Assembly: GCA_040954595.2 (NCBI GenBank)
Contig: CM082582.2
Coordinates: 13,676,327-13,740,326 of the forward strand
Direction: 5' to 3'
DNA: 64,000 nucleotides
Source of the DNA: Balanoglossus misakiensis
Taxonomy: Eukaryota; Animalia; Hemichordata
Part shown: piece after piece, positions 62,701 to 64,000 of the stretch
How positions within the stretch are numbered: the first letter of the stretch is position 1
How the letters are laid out: each line of letters begins with the position of its first letter
Notes under the pieces: model-generated
Database searches by the model: none
Told to the model about the DNA's origin: nothing
What the model saw: only the letters and a program-made list of their open reading frames with translations
Position numbers and translations under genes: made by a program

Positions 62701-64000
62701 CACCCACCTTGCCCTAAGCAATTCCAAATTGACTGCTAAGTCATGAAATTTTCTGAAAAAGTCCTGATATATATATTTTTTGATGTGTTCTGCCTGAAGA
62801 ATCTGCAACTTAAGTTGCACCATCCACCTTTACACGAACAAATCATTTGTGTGAACCTTGTGGGTAGTAAGACTTCAATTCTCTCTCCAGACAGACTGGA
62901 GTCAGAATATGAGAATCCTCCTCGGGACTGGAAGGGGAATGGTTAAAATAGGTACACATGTTCAGGAAATAGAGTTTTGTGTTGCTAATAGATTGAACAG
63001 AAGACGTTTTCAACTGCTTGGAAATGGGGGTGGCTGGTGGAGTGAAATTGTCTTCTTCCTGCTTAAATTAAGGTGAACTAGTTTTGTTGAGTTCATATTT
63101 TTCCAACTGCTTCCAGTAAACTCATGGCACATGTATTTTTACTACTCTCTCCAGACAAAAAAAAGTTGAAAGCTGTGGTGTGGATGGTGTCTTGGGTTTT
63201 GCTAGCATGATAAAGCAAACATTTGAAGCTGGCTATTTGATATACCAGGTGGAACTAAAATTAGAACAGACTAAACCTATTCAATCCAGCAGCATGGGTC
63301 AGTTTGTTAAGAACAGACAGAAAACAGTTGGCAGTCATCACACTGCTAAGCAATATATTTTCAAAAATAATAACCCTTTTACTGTGAACTTTTGCGTGTG
63401 GTGGCTGATATGTTTTTCATCCAGGAGACCCCATTATCGCCATCTCAGCAGCAAAGAAGACTGATCCATGAATCACTGACGTATGCTGTGTTTTTCTTTG
63501 ATATCAAAGTGTGTGAAGGAGATAATTAGTTCCTTATTTTTTAATATGATGTGTTTTCATCTATTTTCGTTTGAATATCACATGTGATCATATTTCATTG
63601 TGTGTTTTTGTCATTAACAACTTAGAGAGGGGGAGATTTGTTCAGTACAGACATGTTTCGTGATTAAACAGTGCATTGTCCCTTTAATATGTCTAAGAGT
63701 TGTTGTCCCTTTAATGTTCCAAGAGTTCTTACATAGAAATGACACTTTCAACATCATGGCATGTTAATACCTAGAAGATATTCATAATTATTGAAAAGAG
63801 TGTCATATTGACAAAGTTGTACAGAGGAATGGCATGCAGTAAGTTTTACCCAAATACTATAAAATGCTATATATTTTGCTTTTGTCCATCTTCTGAGGAA
63901 TGTTAATGTGTTATACAACGGCGGCATTAAACTAAACAGCCCAGAAAGTGTTTTGTCTGGCAGAAAGCAAAATTAGCCAGAATTGTACAAAATAATGGAA

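Noticed and set aside
29500-64000. Remaining 60-135 aa ORFs in the right half
   Set aside because: Lengths and composition fit random ORFs in AT-rich DNA; many start at TTG/GTG, and none chain into a spliced frame.

Overview
AT-rich, intron-containing animal genomic DNA, probably an invertebrate deuterostome; the repeat families resemble hemichordate ones, but that assignment is from recollection only. Two protein-coding genes can be assembled by hand. (1) The 3' part of CEP192/Spd-2 lies on the + strand: 18 exons across 1-5559, all GT-AG, phases consistent, 1025 aa in the window. (2) A complete three-exon CIMIP1 (C20orf85/LLC1, ciliary microtubule inner protein) lies on the - strand at 23397-26777, encodes 133 aa, and has an RFX X-box-like motif upstream. 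A CpG-rich region at about 26.7-29.5 kb looks like a divergent promoter. Its + strand side carries a dense cluster of SMAD-binding elements and candidate short first exons, followed by about 35 kb with no recognisable coding exon. Vertebrate synteny (CEP192 next to LDLRAD4; C20orf85 divergent from PMEPA1) suggests this is the 5' end and long first intron(s) of a PMEPA1/LDLRAD4 pro-orthologue. That is an inference: no diagnostic exon is visible here. The rest of the window holds TTAA-ended MITE families, an 86-bp palindromic element, microsatellites, many X-box-like motifs and a few possible decayed coding relics. No CRISPR array, rRNA or tRNA was seen. Nearly all other ORF-track entries look like noise.
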